64,000 bases of DNA from an uncultured Solirubrobacterales bacterium (GTDB lineage: Bacteria > Actinomycetota > Thermoleophilia > Solirubrobacterales > JBBDJG01). The stretch is from the NCBI GenBank assembly GCA_963780475.1, contig CAWACB010000005.1:96122-160121 (forward strand), in the 5' to 3' direction. Below the pieces are notes generated by a model. That model did no database searches. It had not been told where the DNA came from and worked only from the letters and a program-made list of their open reading frames with translations. The position numbers and the translations under genes were made by a program. This document shows positions 20,247 to 29,922 of this stretch, piece by piece. How positions within the stretch are numbered: position 1 is the stretch's first letter; each line of letters begins with the position of its first letter.

Positions 20247-20996
20247 ATGCTGTTCGACGTCAGAGGCCGCCGCAAGCGCCTCATCCAGGTTGTCTACGTG
20301 GGCCTCGCGGTCCTGTTCGGCGGGAGCCTGGTCTTCTTCGGCACCGGCAGTGGCGTCCAGGGTGGCCTCTTCGATGCCTTCAGCGGCGGCGGGGGCGGCG
20401 ACGGGAGCGTCTTCGAGGATCAGTACGACGAGGCGCGTGCCCGGGCGCGCGCCGCTCCGCGCAGTCCCGAAGCTCAGGTGGCGGTCGTGCGAGCCTCCTA
20501 CAACTACGCCGCCGACGAGTCCGAGACCGGGACCCCTCCGGACAAGGCCCAGGCGGCCATAATCGCCGCCGCCACCGCCTGGGAGCGTTACCTGGAGCTC
20601 AAGCCCAAGAAGATCGAGTTCGGGCCGGCGGCCACCGCGGCCATCATCTACGAAGCAATGCGGGACTACCCATCAGCGGCGAAGGCACAGCGCCTCGCCG
20701 TTCGAGATCGGCCGAGCTCGGCGGGGTGGTTCAGCTTGGCCGGCTACTACTACGGCGCGGGGAATGTCGAGGCAGGTGACCGGGCCGCAAAGGAGTCATT
20801 GCGCAAGACCCCAGCGGATTTGCGCAACTCCGTCAGGGCGCAGATCGCAGAGGCCAAGAAGGAGGGCGCCAAGGCCGCCAAGGAAATCGCCGCAGCGCGC
20901 AAGCAGGCCCGCGAGCAGGGCAAGAAGGCCGGCACAGAGGCATTCGGCCCGCTGCCGGGCGCCGGGGCGACCGGAGCCGGCGGCGTTTCGCCCTAG
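20247..20996 (+). CDS. hypothetical membrane-anchored protein
   Basis: 249-aa track ORF. An N-terminal TM (LIQVVYVGLAVLFGGSLVFFG), then an Ala/Lys-rich helical region. No family recognised. Confidence 0.5.
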   Translation: MLFDVRGRRKRLIQVVYVGLAVLFGGSLVFFGTGSGVQGGLFDAFSGGGGGDGSVFEDQYDEARARARAAPRSPEAQVAVVRASYNYAADESETGTPPDKAQAAIIAAATAWERYLELKPKKIEFGPAATAAIIYEAMRDYPSAAKAQRLAVRDRPSSAGWFSLAGYYYGAGNVEAGDRAAKESLRKTPADLRNSVRAQIAEAKKEGAKAAKEIAAARKQAREQGKKAGTEAFGPLPGAGATGAGGVSP

Positions 20997-21031
20997 CTCC
21001 CAGCCCCGTTCGGGGGAGCGCGAGGCATTCA

Positions 21032-21037
21032 TATAAT
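21032..21037 (+). promoter_or_regulatory. perfect TATAAT hexamer upstream of tRNA-Lys
   Basis: ggcattcaTATAATcgagg sits 62 nt upstream of the tRNA 5' end in otherwise GC-rich DNA. No convincing -35 box. Confidence 0.3.
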
Positions 21038-21099
21038 CGAGGCGCGGCCTATCCACGGGCCGCGATTTCGCGCGGCTCTCCAACCCGGCCGCGCGACCC

Positions 21100-21172
<73 letters not shown>

Positions 21173-21188
21173 CTGCAGCGCATACTCC

Positions 21189-21524
21189 TCAGTCCGCCTG
21201 GCCCAGCCTCCCCCAGAGCAGGATGCGCTTGAAGGCGAACGGGTACGGCCGCTCGTCCGGAAGCTCTGCAACGAGCAGCTCCCGGTAGCGGGCTGTGAAC
21301 TCGTCGTAGGCAGTCTCCGGGAGCCGTTTGCGGTAGTCGGTCAGCAGCGTTCCCTTCACCCAGTCGACCACCGCCTCCGGCCGCGGCAGCACGTGCAGAT
21401 AGACCTGTAGCCGCACCTGCTGAGATCCGAAGCCGAGCCGGTGCAGCAGCTTGGCGTACAACGGCGCCGAACGCTCACGCTCGAACTGCTCGTACTGCGC
21501 CGGATCCCAGCTGTCGGCGCGCAA
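21189..21524 (-). pseudogene. trans-aconitate methyltransferase (Tam)-like remnant lacking the SAM-binding core
   Basis: 111-aa track ORF (TTG start). The N-terminal Tam motif SWDPAQYEQFERERSAP runs straight into the Tam C-terminal region VRLQVYLHVLPRPEAVVDWVKGT...PYPFAFKRILLWGRL. The roughly 150-aa methyltransferase domain expected between them is absent. Confidence 0.5.
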
Positions 21525-21530
21525 GGCGGC

Positions 21531-22175
21531 TCAGGCCGGCTGGCCGGACCCGTTGCGGGTCCCGCTGCCCGACAGTGCCCGCTCGCGCTCACGCTCGCGC
21601 GCGATTCGCTCGGCCCACTGCGCGTCGCCCATGTACTGGGCGAACACCTCGCGCGCCACGGCCAGTGCCCGCTCGGCGATCACTTCGCCGGGCTCGTCGG
21701 GGAATCTCTCCCGGGCGTTCGCCCACGCGACTCCGTAGGTGTAGCCCCAGTCCGCGATGTCCCGTTCGAGCTCGGTCAGCAGACCGCCGGCAGGCGAGCC
21801 GGGTGCGGGCGGCATGACTTTCAGCACGCCCTCCTGGGCGGCATCGTCCTCCAGCGCGGTCGCCACGACCGCCGCCAGCGGCTCGTCAGGCTCCGAAGGC
21901 ATCTCGACCGGCTCCGGCGCGGGCATGGCGTCCGCGGCCGAATCCGTTCGCGAGACGCCGCGCGGCTTCAGCGGCATCGAGCGGTGGAGCATCACGAACA
22001 GGGATATCCATAGGAGGCTCAATGCCGCCGCCCACGCGGACCCGTAGTTGTCCGCGAACGACCCGAACGTGATGACGTAGTAGGCGAAGCCCGCCAGCGA
22101 GATCGCCCAAACCGGCACCGCGCTCCAGCGAGCCAGTGTCCCCTGGTCGTCGTCTTTGTAAGTGCCGGTAGCCAT
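21531..22175 (-). CDS. hypothetical membrane protein
   Basis: Track ORF 21531..22247 trimmed to ATG 22175 (MATGTYKDDD). Two TM segments, an acidic Pro-rich linker, and a C-terminal helical domain with WGYTYGVAWANARERF. The plus-strand ORFs here are Arg-rich shadows. Confidence 0.45.
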   Translation of the reverse strand: MATGTYKDDDQGTLARWSAVPVWAISLAGFAYYVITFGSFADNYGSAWAAALSLLWISLFVMLHRSMPLKPRGVSRTDSAADAMPAPEPVEMPSEPDEPLAAVVATALEDDAAQEGVLKVMPPAPGSPAGGLLTELERDIADWGYTYGVAWANARERFPDEPGEVIAERALAVAREVFAQYMGDAQWAERIARERERERALSGSGTRNGSGQPA

Positions 22176-22414
22176 CCAATGCCACCGCCGCCGCAGTCTG
22201 AAGAGTTCCCGCCGGCTTTTTGCGCATTTGGCGGGATCAGGTCCCACGAATTCCCGCTATTTGCCAAGAAACTGTCGGTCGGATAGCGTGTCGAGTCGCC
22301 AGAGGGCTATCGAAGGTGGTAAATCCTCTGCGGGCAGGGGCTCGGGCGCTGTGCCAGGAACCCTGCTCCACTCGAAAGACGCGGACGGGCAAGTGCAGCG
22401 GGGACGGACGCCGT

Positions 22415-23077
22415 GTGAACGGCACCCATGAGCAACAGTGGAAGACGCGGTTCGAGCACGACGCGCGGTTGCGGTCGGCGCTCGAGGGCTTTCTGATCCC
22501 GTTCGATGCCGTTGTATCGATCGCCTACGGCGCGGGGGGCTCCGCCGTCATTGGCACGCCCGCCGGCATTCTGGTCTACAAGCGCGGCATCAAGGCAGGC
22601 ATCCCGTTCGGATACCGGCTGAAGGCCTTCGAGTTCGAGAGCGTCGTGGCGGTCAACGTCCGCGAGATCGCCGCGGGCGTCGTCCTCGCGGTGCACGCGC
22701 CGCTCAAGGTCGGATCGTGCCTGGTCTACTGGCTGGACGAGCGCGACAACGCCTGGAAGGCGCGCAACGCCGTGCTCGCGGAACCCGGGGAGGGCAGCTC
22801 GTTCGAGGACGTGGCCGAGGAGTTGCGCGAACTGATGGCGGCACACCGCGCCCGTCATGGTCGCGCGACCCCGGCTGCGAAGTCGCGCATCAGGCCGGTT
22901 GCTGCCTCCGCCGATCCGCTGGCTGCCGCTCACAAGTCCTGTGAGGCGTGCGGCGCCGAGGTCGTCGCAACATGGCGCTTCTGCCCCGAGTGCGGGACCT
23001 CGTTCGGCCGGCCGGACCGGGTGGATGCGCTGGCCGCGCGCCACGCACGGCGCAGGTCGTTGAGCCGGCGCGGCTGA
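22415..23077 (+). CDS. hypothetical protein with C-terminal zinc ribbon
   Basis: Track ORF 22220..23077 trimmed to GTG 22415. N-terminal beta-rich domain (bacterial PH-like by eye); C-terminus CEACGAEV...FCPECGTSF. Confidence 0.5.
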   Translation: MNGTHEQQWKTRFEHDARLRSALEGFLIPFDAVVSIAYGAGGSAVIGTPAGILVYKRGIKAGIPFGYRLKAFEFESVVAVNVREIAAGVVLAVHAPLKVGSCLVYWLDERDNAWKARNAVLAEPGEGSSFEDVAEELRELMAAHRARHGRATPAAKSRIRPVAASADPLAAAHKSCEACGAEVVATWRFCPECGTSFGRPDRVDALAARHARRRSLSRRG

Positions 23078-23191
23078 CCCACCAACGGCGCGGGGACACC
23101 GCAACGGCGCCGCTCCGCAGGGGTTTCTCTAGCATGGAGGGCGATCGCCGCCGCTGCGCGGTCGTCCAGGTACGGGGAACAGGAGACTCTC

Positions 23192-24109
23192 TTGAAGAAG
23201 ATCGGGATCGCGGCAGTGCTGCTCGGGTCGCTTTGCATGGTGGCCGTGGCGCAGGGCCGCGTCGTGCAGCAGTTCAACTTCACGCTGAAGGACATCCGGC
23301 CCGACGGCCGCTACACCGTGGTCTTCGAGTCGCGCAGCTTCGACGACGCCGGTGCGATCCCGGCGTCTTTGAACGAGAACACGATCCGCATCCCCAAGGG
23401 CGCCACGATCCGCAAGGCGTTCCTGAACAAGCGCTACTACTGCCCGCTGAAGAAGCTCGTCGACCAGATCCGCCTCGAGAAGCCGCGCGCGACCCGGTTC
23501 ATCGACTTCATGAACAAGAAGCTGAAGGGCAAGAAGACTCCGCCCAAGAACTCGAAGAACATCGTTTCGGTCTGCCGCTTCGCGCGGATCGGCAGCGGCG
23601 AGGTTGCCGTCGACGCGCGGCCGTTCGCTGATCCCATCATTCCGGCGAACATCGAGATCTTCCTCGGCAAGCCGACCGCGCCTGGAGCGGTCGCCTCGTT
23701 CGTCGTGGTGGGAATCCCCGACGAGCGCGCGGCGATCGTCCGCGACAATCCGACGATCCGCGAGACGTATCCGGTCGTGAACGTCAACTTCTTCAACCAG
23801 CCGAGCCCCGACGGCAAGTACGGCTACAAGGTCGTGCTGCCCGTCGGCCCGATCAACGGGATCAACATCTCGGTCGAGCGCCTCAAGGTGACGATGCCGG
23901 CGTTCACGCTGACCAAGAAGAAGGTCACCTGTGTGAAGAAGAGCGGCGGCAAGTGCAAGAAGCGGAAGGTCAAGAAGACGCGGACCTTCATGTGGACCAG
24001 GCCGGACTGCCCGCCGAGCGGGAAGATCGCCTTCGAAGCGTTCTACGGCTACGCAAGCGAGCCGGACGAGACGAAGACGATCGAGATTCCCTGCCCGAAG
24101 TTCGAGTAG
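23192..24109 (+). CDS. secreted Lys-rich hypothetical protein
   Basis: 305-aa track ORF; TTG start preceded by caggag. Signal peptide MKKIGIAAVLLGSLCMVAVAQG. Unusually Lys/Asn/Ile-rich for this DNA, with KKxK runs (TCVKKSGGKCKKRKVKKTR) and several Cys. No family recognised. Confidence 0.55.
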   Translation: MKKIGIAAVLLGSLCMVAVAQGRVVQQFNFTLKDIRPDGRYTVVFESRSFDDAGAIPASLNENTIRIPKGATIRKAFLNKRYYCPLKKLVDQIRLEKPRATRFIDFMNKKLKGKKTPPKNSKNIVSVCRFARIGSGEVAVDARPFADPIIPANIEIFLGKPTAPGAVASFVVVGIPDERAAIVRDNPTIRETYPVVNVNFFNQPSPDGKYGYKVVLPVGPINGINISVERLKVTMPAFTLTKKKVTCVKKSGGKCKKRKVKKTRTFMWTRPDCPPSGKIAFEAFYGYASEPDETKTIEIPCPKFE

Positions 24110-27100
24110 CTAGTGGGTCTGGAACTTCGGCAGGATCCGGTCTAACCAGGCCGGCACCGCCCACGTGCGCTCGCCGAACAGGCGGATCAGCGCCGGCAGC
24201 AGGATCAGCCTGACGACGGTCGCGTCGAGCACCACTGCCACGGTCAGCCCGATCCCGAACTGGCGCGTGTTCGCAACCGGTGAGACGGCGAATGCGAGGA
24301 ACACGAACGCCATCACGGCTGCGGCGCCGGTGATGATCGTCGCGGTCTTCTCGAGTCCGTAGCGGATCGCGCCCTCGGTCGTACCCGTCAGCGCACGGCC
24401 CTCGACCAGGCGGCTGAGCAGGAACACCTCGTAGTCGATCGACAAGCCGAAGATGATCGCAAAGATGCCGCTCAGCGCGATCGCGTCGAGGTAGCCGGGC
24501 CCGCCGAAGATGGGTGGATCGCTCTGGAATCCGATGATGAGGATGCCGACCGCCGCCCCGACGGTGACCAGGTTGAGCAGCACCGCGATCAGCGCGAGGA
24601 TCGGTGCCCGGAACACGATCAGCAGCACGAGGAAGGTGACGAGAACGAGCGTCGCCACGAGCAGCGGGAAGCGCGCGGAGGTCGCCTGGTCGAAGTCGTC
24701 GAGCAGCACGGCGGGCCCGCCCACGACCCCTTCGGCTTCGCCCCCGAGGTCCTTGGCGGTCTTGGCCGCCAGGTCCTCGAGCGGCTTGCGCAGCGCCTGG
24801 GTGTCTTCGTCGAATGCGCCGCCGTCGGGGATCACGATCACGCGCGCGGTGTTGCCGCCGCTGTCGGTGTTGATAGCGAAGCCGGCGTTCGACCGGCTCT
24901 GTGGCTCGGCGCCCTCGATGCCCGCGAGGACGAAGTACCCGGATGCCGCGGCCTTGCCCACGTCGATTCCCTGCCGCCGGAGCTGGCCCTCCTGACGGTC
25001 GTTCGCCTGCCGGACGGCGACCACATTGTCGAGCAGTCGCTGCAGGCCCCGGCCGATCGCGTTCGCTCCGGCGCTCGCCCGGTCGAGACCACCCGCGAGG
25101 CCCACGGCCCCACCGCTGCCCTCGGCGCCGCCGCTGTGCAGCTGGTTGATGCCCGAGTTGAGCTGCTGCACTCCGGCGTTGAGGACACCGGCGCCGCTGG
25201 CGAGCTGGGTCGCTCCTGACGCGGTCCGCGCGACGCCTGAGTCGAGCTGGGTGCTGCCGGACGAGATCTGAGCGAGGCCCGTCACGAGTCGCTGCATGCC
25301 GCGCGAGATCTCCTTCGCCGCGGCGGTGTTCGCGTTCAGCTCGGTGGCGTAGGAGCTGAGGTTGGACTGCACCGTCCCGAGCGAGGTGAGCGCCTGGCTG
25401 ATGCTCTGTCTCGCGCGCTGCACGAATGGGTCGGCCTGCGCGGCCGGGCTTGCTGAGCCAAGGTTGCGCAGAGCCGCTTGTACGTCGGACTGGGCGCTGT
25501 CCAGCGGGTCGCTGAGCTTGGCTTCGAAGTCGCTGTCTTCTTGAGTGAGGACGCGGGTGAGCTCGTCGATCGCCGTGTCGAGCCGCCTTGCTCCGCTGTT
25601 GGCGCGGCCGCTGGCGGAGGCGAGTTGGTCGGCGCCCTTGCTCGTTTGCTGTACGCCGTTGGCCAGCTGCTGGGTCTGCGGCACGGCGGCGGCTGTGCCG
25701 CCGGCGATCTGGCCGGAGCCGGTCGCCGCCTGGCCGAGCCCGTCTGCGAGCGCTTGCGAGCCGGCCGATGCCTGTTCGAGGCCCGCGTCCAGCCGCGCCT
25801 GCCCGCGCACGAGCCGGCGCAGGCTACGCTCGAGGCGGGCTATCTGCACCTGGCCCGTGACGACCGAGCGCGTGATCTGGCGCAGGATGCGCGTGCGGTC
25901 CAGCAAATCTGCGGGCCCGAGCACGGCTTCGACCCCCTTCTGCTTTGCCGCCTGTTTCTCGAACCGCGTGAGGCGGCGCAGCCGCCGGTCTGTCGTCATC
26001 GGCCCGTTGCCGGTGAAGGTCACCTCGAACGGCGTCGCCCAGCCGGCGCCCCGGTCGCGCTCGAACTCCTCGTAGCTCTTGCGGGCGCTGTTCTCCGGCG
26101 GCAGGTTCTCGACGTTCGGCGGGCCGGTGTCGAGTGCCAGCGCGGGTGCCGACAGGAAGAGCAGCGGCAGCGTCGTGAGAAGCACCGCGATGCCAGGCTT
26201 GCTCGAAAGGCGTTCGGAGAGCCGCACCCAGGGGTTCTCCCGGCGCGCCGACCACAGCTGCCAGCTATTCACGCGTGTGCCGAGCAGCGCCAGGCTGGCC
26301 GGTATCGCGAGCAACCCCACCGCCACGGCCAGGACGCAGGCGACGATCACGCCGATGGTCGCGGAGACGAGCAGGTTGCCGGGTGCGATCAGCAGCGCGC
26401 CGAGCATGCCGACCGCCAGTGCCGTTCCGGCGAACACGACCGTGCGCCCGGCGCGGGCGAGTGCTTCCTCGAGCGCCTCCGAGACGCTGGCGCCGGCGGC
26501 CAGCTCCTCGCGGAATCGCGACACGATCAGCAGCGAGTAGTCGACCCCCAGGGCGAGGCCGATCATCGTCAGCATGTTGAGCGCCAGCGCGTCGAGCGCG
26601 AACCAGTCGTTCAGGAAGCTCATCGCACCCGTGCCGATGCGCGTCACGAACAGGCCGCTCATCAGCGGGACCAGCGCCGCGATCGGGCTGCGGAAGACCA
26701 GCAGCAGCAGCACGATCAGGATCGGGAACGCGATCAACTCGCCCTTGTCGAGCGAGTTGAGCGACTCCTCGTTGAGCGCGCGAACGAGCGGCGCGCGGCC
26801 CGACAGCTCGGTCTCCAGCGGTGGCCGGACCCGGTCGAGCTCTCGCTGCACCGCCGGGACGGTCTCGTCGGATATGTCCTCCTGCGAACGCCGCACCTGC
26901 AGCGAGAACAGAGCTTGCCCACGCGGCTCGCGCAGCACCCGGTTGCCGCCGATCGCGAACGGGCTGAGGACCTGCACGCCCTCGATGCGCTCGAGGCGAT
27001 CCGCCAGGCGCGGGCCCTCGCGCGCGAGGAGCCGCTCCTGCCCGGGCGGCGCCTTCAGCAGGACGGCGAGTGAGAGCGACCCGCCGAAGCGGTCCTCCGT

Positions 27101-27265
27101 GATCTTCGCCGCCCGATCCGCCTTGGTCCCGGGGATCTGGAGGTTCGTCTCGTGGAGGTCGTCGCGGGCATTTCCGCCCAGCGCGAGCGACGCAAGAAAA
27201 ACGCCTATCCAGACGACGAGGATAGGCACCGGGTTGCGAGTCGCGAATCTCGCAAGCAGCCTCAT
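24110..27265 (-). CDS. MMPL-family (RND superfamily) membrane transporter with a long YhgE/Pip-like coiled-coil insert
   Basis: 1051-aa track ORF. Two 6-TM bundles (GLALGVDYSLLIVSRFREE and GLSIDYEVFLLSRL motifs). They are separated by about 280 aa of Gln/Ala/Gly/Ser-rich repeats (QLASGAGVLNAGVQQLNSGINQL...). Confidence 0.85.
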   Translation of the reverse strand: MRLLARFATRNPVPILVVWIGVFLASLALGGNARDDLHETNLQIPGTKADRAAKITEDRFGGSLSLAVLLKAPPGQERLLAREGPRLADRLERIEGVQVLSPFAIGGNRVLREPRGQALFSLQVRRSQEDISDETVPAVQRELDRVRPPLETELSGRAPLVRALNEESLNSLDKGELIAFPILIVLLLLVFRSPIAALVPLMSGLFVTRIGTGAMSFLNDWFALDALALNMLTMIGLALGVDYSLLIVSRFREELAAGASVSEALEEALARAGRTVVFAGTALAVGMLGALLIAPGNLLVSATIGVIVACVLAVAVGLLAIPASLALLGTRVNSWQLWSARRENPWVRLSERLSSKPGIAVLLTTLPLLFLSAPALALDTGPPNVENLPPENSARKSYEEFERDRGAGWATPFEVTFTGNGPMTTDRRLRRLTRFEKQAAKQKGVEAVLGPADLLDRTRILRQITRSVVTGQVQIARLERSLRRLVRGQARLDAGLEQASAGSQALADGLGQAATGSGQIAGGTAAAVPQTQQLANGVQQTSKGADQLASASGRANSGARRLDTAIDELTRVLTQEDSDFEAKLSDPLDSAQSDVQAALRNLGSASPAAQADPFVQRARQSISQALTSLGTVQSNLSSYATELNANTAAAKEISRGMQRLVTGLAQISSGSTQLDSGVARTASGATQLASGAGVLNAGVQQLNSGINQLHSGGAEGSGGAVGLAGGLDRASAGANAIGRGLQRLLDNVVAVRQANDRQEGQLRRQGIDVGKAAASGYFVLAGIEGAEPQSRSNAGFAINTDSGGNTARVIVIPDGGAFDEDTQALRKPLEDLAAKTAKDLGGEAEGVVGGPAVLLDDFDQATSARFPLLVATLVLVTFLVLLIVFRAPILALIAVLLNLVTVGAAVGILIIGFQSDPPIFGGPGYLDAIALSGIFAIIFGLSIDYEVFLLSRLVEGRALTGTTEGAIRYGLEKTATIITGAAAVMAFVFLAFAVSPVANTRQFGIGLTVAVVLDATVVRLILLPALIRLFGERTWAVPAWLDRILPKFQTH

Positions 27266-27534
27266 GGCGGCAGGGTCCTGTTGTTCATTCGGAAACCTTT
27301 ATACAGCGCCCTTCCGGGCGCCGGCGCCGCTTGCCCGCTGGCTAGCGCGCGACGTGGTACGCGACGTACCTGGCGATGTGGCGAGCCAGGCCGATGCCGG
27401 TCCTGATGGTGCCCTGCGCCAACTCACGCATAAGATCCCCGCCCCCATGACGATGCTGCGAACTCGTGCGATTCTAACCAAACAAGCGCGCAATTTGGTG
27501 CTTTTGACGGGTTGTCACAGGTGATCGCCCGAAC

Positions 27535-28657
27535 GTGTCCAAGCCGGCACATCGAGCCGTGCGGATAGTCACGCTGGTGGGGAACCGCCCGCAGTTCGTC
27601 AAGGCCGCGGCCGTGTCGAACAGGCTGCGGCGCAAACACGAGGAGGTGCTCGTGCACAGCGGCCAGCACTACGACGACGAGCTGTCCGCCGTGTTCTTCC
27701 GTGAGCTCGGATTGCCCGCTCCCGACCACCGGCTCGGGATTGGATCGGGATCCGATGCGGATCAGGTCGGCGGGATCATGCACGCGTTCGAGCCGGTGCT
27801 GACGGAGGTGCGCCCCGATGCCGTGCTCGTGTACGGGGACACCAACACGACGCTCGCCGGCGCGCTCTCCTGCTGCGCGGCTCGAGATACCGCTGGCGCA
27901 CGTCGAGGCCGGCATGCGGTCGTTCGACTTCGAGATGCCCGAGGAGCGCAACCGGGTGCTGACCGACCATCTCTCGCAGCTGCTCCTGTGCTCGACCGAA
28001 GTGGCGGTCGCCAACCTGAGCGCGGAGGGAATCACCGACGGAGTCGCGCTGGTCGGCGACGTGATGGCAGACGTCAGCCTCGCGATGGGCGACGGCGCCG
28101 ACGCGGCCGGGGTACTCGAGCGCTACGAGTTGACGCGAGGAAAGTACCTGGTCGTGACGGCGCATCGGGCCGGCAACGTCGATGATCGGGCGCGGCTCGC
28201 GGCCCTGGCCGAAATCCTCGGCCACCTGCCCCTGCCGGCGATCTTCCCGGTTCACCCGCGTACCCGCGCGCGGCTCAACGAGGCAGGACTTCTGGAACGC
28301 CTCCAGCAGGCCGACTCGCTGCTGGTCACCGAACCGCTGGGGTACCTGGACTTCCTGGGTCTCGTGCGTGGCGCGGCGGCGGTCCTGACCGACTCGGGCG
28401 GCGTCCAGAAGGAGGCCTACCTGGCCGGGGTGCCGTGCCTGACGATGCGCTCCGAGACGGAGTGGCCCGAGACGGTCGAGAACGGCTGGAACCAGCTGGT
28501 CGGAATGGACCCCCAGCGCGTGCTGGCTGCGCTGGAGGGCCTCGAGCCGCCCGCCGAGCGCCCCGAGCTGTATGGCGGCGGCCACGCCGGAGAGGCGATC
28601 GTGGCGACCCTGGAGGCGTGGGCCGACAGCCCCCTCTCCTACACTGAAACAGGATGA
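27535..28657 (+). CDS. wecB: UDP-N-acetylglucosamine 2-epimerase (WecB/WbpI-like); frame broken near 27865-27875
   Basis: The N-terminal third lies in track ORF 27535..28185 (VTLVGNRPQFVKAAAV...VLVYGDTNTTLAGAL). The rest lies in the +1 frame, ORF 27818..28657 (AARLEIPLAHVEAGMRSFD...DSGGVQKEAYLAGVPCLTMRSETEWPETV). Confidence 0.8.
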
Positions 28658-29907
28658 ACGTTGGGATAGTGGGCCTCGGCTACGTCGGCCTGCCGCTGGC
28701 GCTGGCGTTTGCGCGCGAGGGCAACCAGGTGGTCGGGCTGGACGCCGAGAGCCGCCGGATCGAACAGGTCAACCGCGGCGAGAGCCATGTCGAGGATGTG
28801 CCGGCAGACGCGCTGGCCGCCGAGATCGAGTCTGGACGCCTGCGCGCGACCGGCAACTACGACGATCTCGCGCCGATGGACGCGATCGTCATCTGCGTCC
28901 CGACTCCGCTGACCGTCAACCGCCAGCCCGACCTGAGCGCCGTGGTGGACGCGGCCACGTCCCTGTCACGCGTGCTGCGCAAGGGCCAGCTCGTGGTGCT
29001 CGAGTCGACCACCTACCCGGGGACGACCAGGGAGCGGCTCGTGCCGCTGCTCGAGGAGTCCGGGCTCGCCGCGGGGCGCGACTTCCACGTCGCCTACTCA
29101 CCGGAGCGCGTCGATCCCGGTCGCACCGACTTCACTCTCCGCAACACGGTGAAGGTGATCGGCGGGCTCACGCCCGACTGCGCGGAGCACGCTCGCAGGC
29201 TGTACGAGACGGTGGTCGACGACGTGCTGATGGTGTCCGCGCCCGAGGCTGCCGAGCTCGCGAAGCTGCTCGAGAACATCTTCCGCTCGGTCAACATCGC
29301 GCTCGTCAACGAGCTGGCGGTGCTGTGCGACCGGATGGGGATCGACGTCTGGGAGGTGGTCGACGCGGCGGCCACCAAGCCGTTCGGCTTCATGCGCTTC
29401 GATCCTGGGCCCGGCATGGGCGGCCACTGCCTGCCGGTGGATCCCTTCTACCTTGCGTGGCGGGCGCGGGAGTTCGACTTCTACACCGAGTTCATCGAGC
29501 TGGCCGGGAAGATCAACCAGAGCATGCCGTACTTCTGCCTGAGCAAGATCGAGCGCACTCTCAACGATCACGGCAAGGCGGTCAACGGCGCGCGCATCCT
29601 GCTGCTGGGCATGTCCTACAAGCCGGGGGTCGGCGACACGCGCGAGTCGCCGGCGCTGAAGATCTTCAAGCTGCTGCAGGGACTCGGGGCGGCGGTCGCC
29701 TACCACGACCCGCACGTCTCCTCGCTGCCCGAGCTCGCGGTCAGCTCGACGCCGCTGGAGCCGGAGCTCGAGGCCGCGGACCTGGTCGTGATCGTGACCG
29801 CGCATCCGGAGATCGACTACCGGCGGGTGGCCACGGACGCGCGCCTGGTGCTCGACTTCCGCGGCGTCACGCGCGGCATCGAGACCGGCAACCTGGTGCG
29901 GCTCTAG
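28654..29907 (+). CDS. nucleotide-sugar dehydrogenase (UDP-GlcNAc/ManNAc 6-dehydrogenase, WbpA/WecC-like)
   Basis: 417-aa track ORF. IVGLGYVGLPLALAFA Rossmann motif, catalytic GPGMGGHCLPVDP. ATGA overlap with wecB. Confidence 0.85.
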   Translation: MNVGIVGLGYVGLPLALAFAREGNQVVGLDAESRRIEQVNRGESHVEDVPADALAAEIESGRLRATGNYDDLAPMDAIVICVPTPLTVNRQPDLSAVVDAATSLSRVLRKGQLVVLESTTYPGTTRERLVPLLEESGLAAGRDFHVAYSPERVDPGRTDFTLRNTVKVIGGLTPDCAEHARRLYETVVDDVLMVSAPEAAELAKLLENIFRSVNIALVNELAVLCDRMGIDVWEVVDAAATKPFGFMRFDPGPGMGGHCLPVDPFYLAWRAREFDFYTEFIELAGKINQSMPYFCLSKIERTLNDHGKAVNGARILLLGMSYKPGVGDTRESPALKIFKLLQGLGAAVAYHDPHVSSLPELAVSSTPLEPELEAADLVVIVTAHPEIDYRRVATDARLVLDFRGVTRGIETGNLVRL

Positions 29908-29922
29908 CACGGTGCGGAGCGG

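Noticed and set aside
27266-27534. Small ORFs and a GGTAC-GCGAC-GTACC hairpin in the divergent MMPL/wecB intergenic region (track ORFs 27152..27406(+), 27299..27493(-)).
   Set aside because: The ORFs are Arg/Ala-rich with poor coding character, and the hairpin has only a 5-bp stem. The region is most likely just divergent promoters. A TTGACG hexamer is present at 27504-27509 but has no convincing -10 partner.
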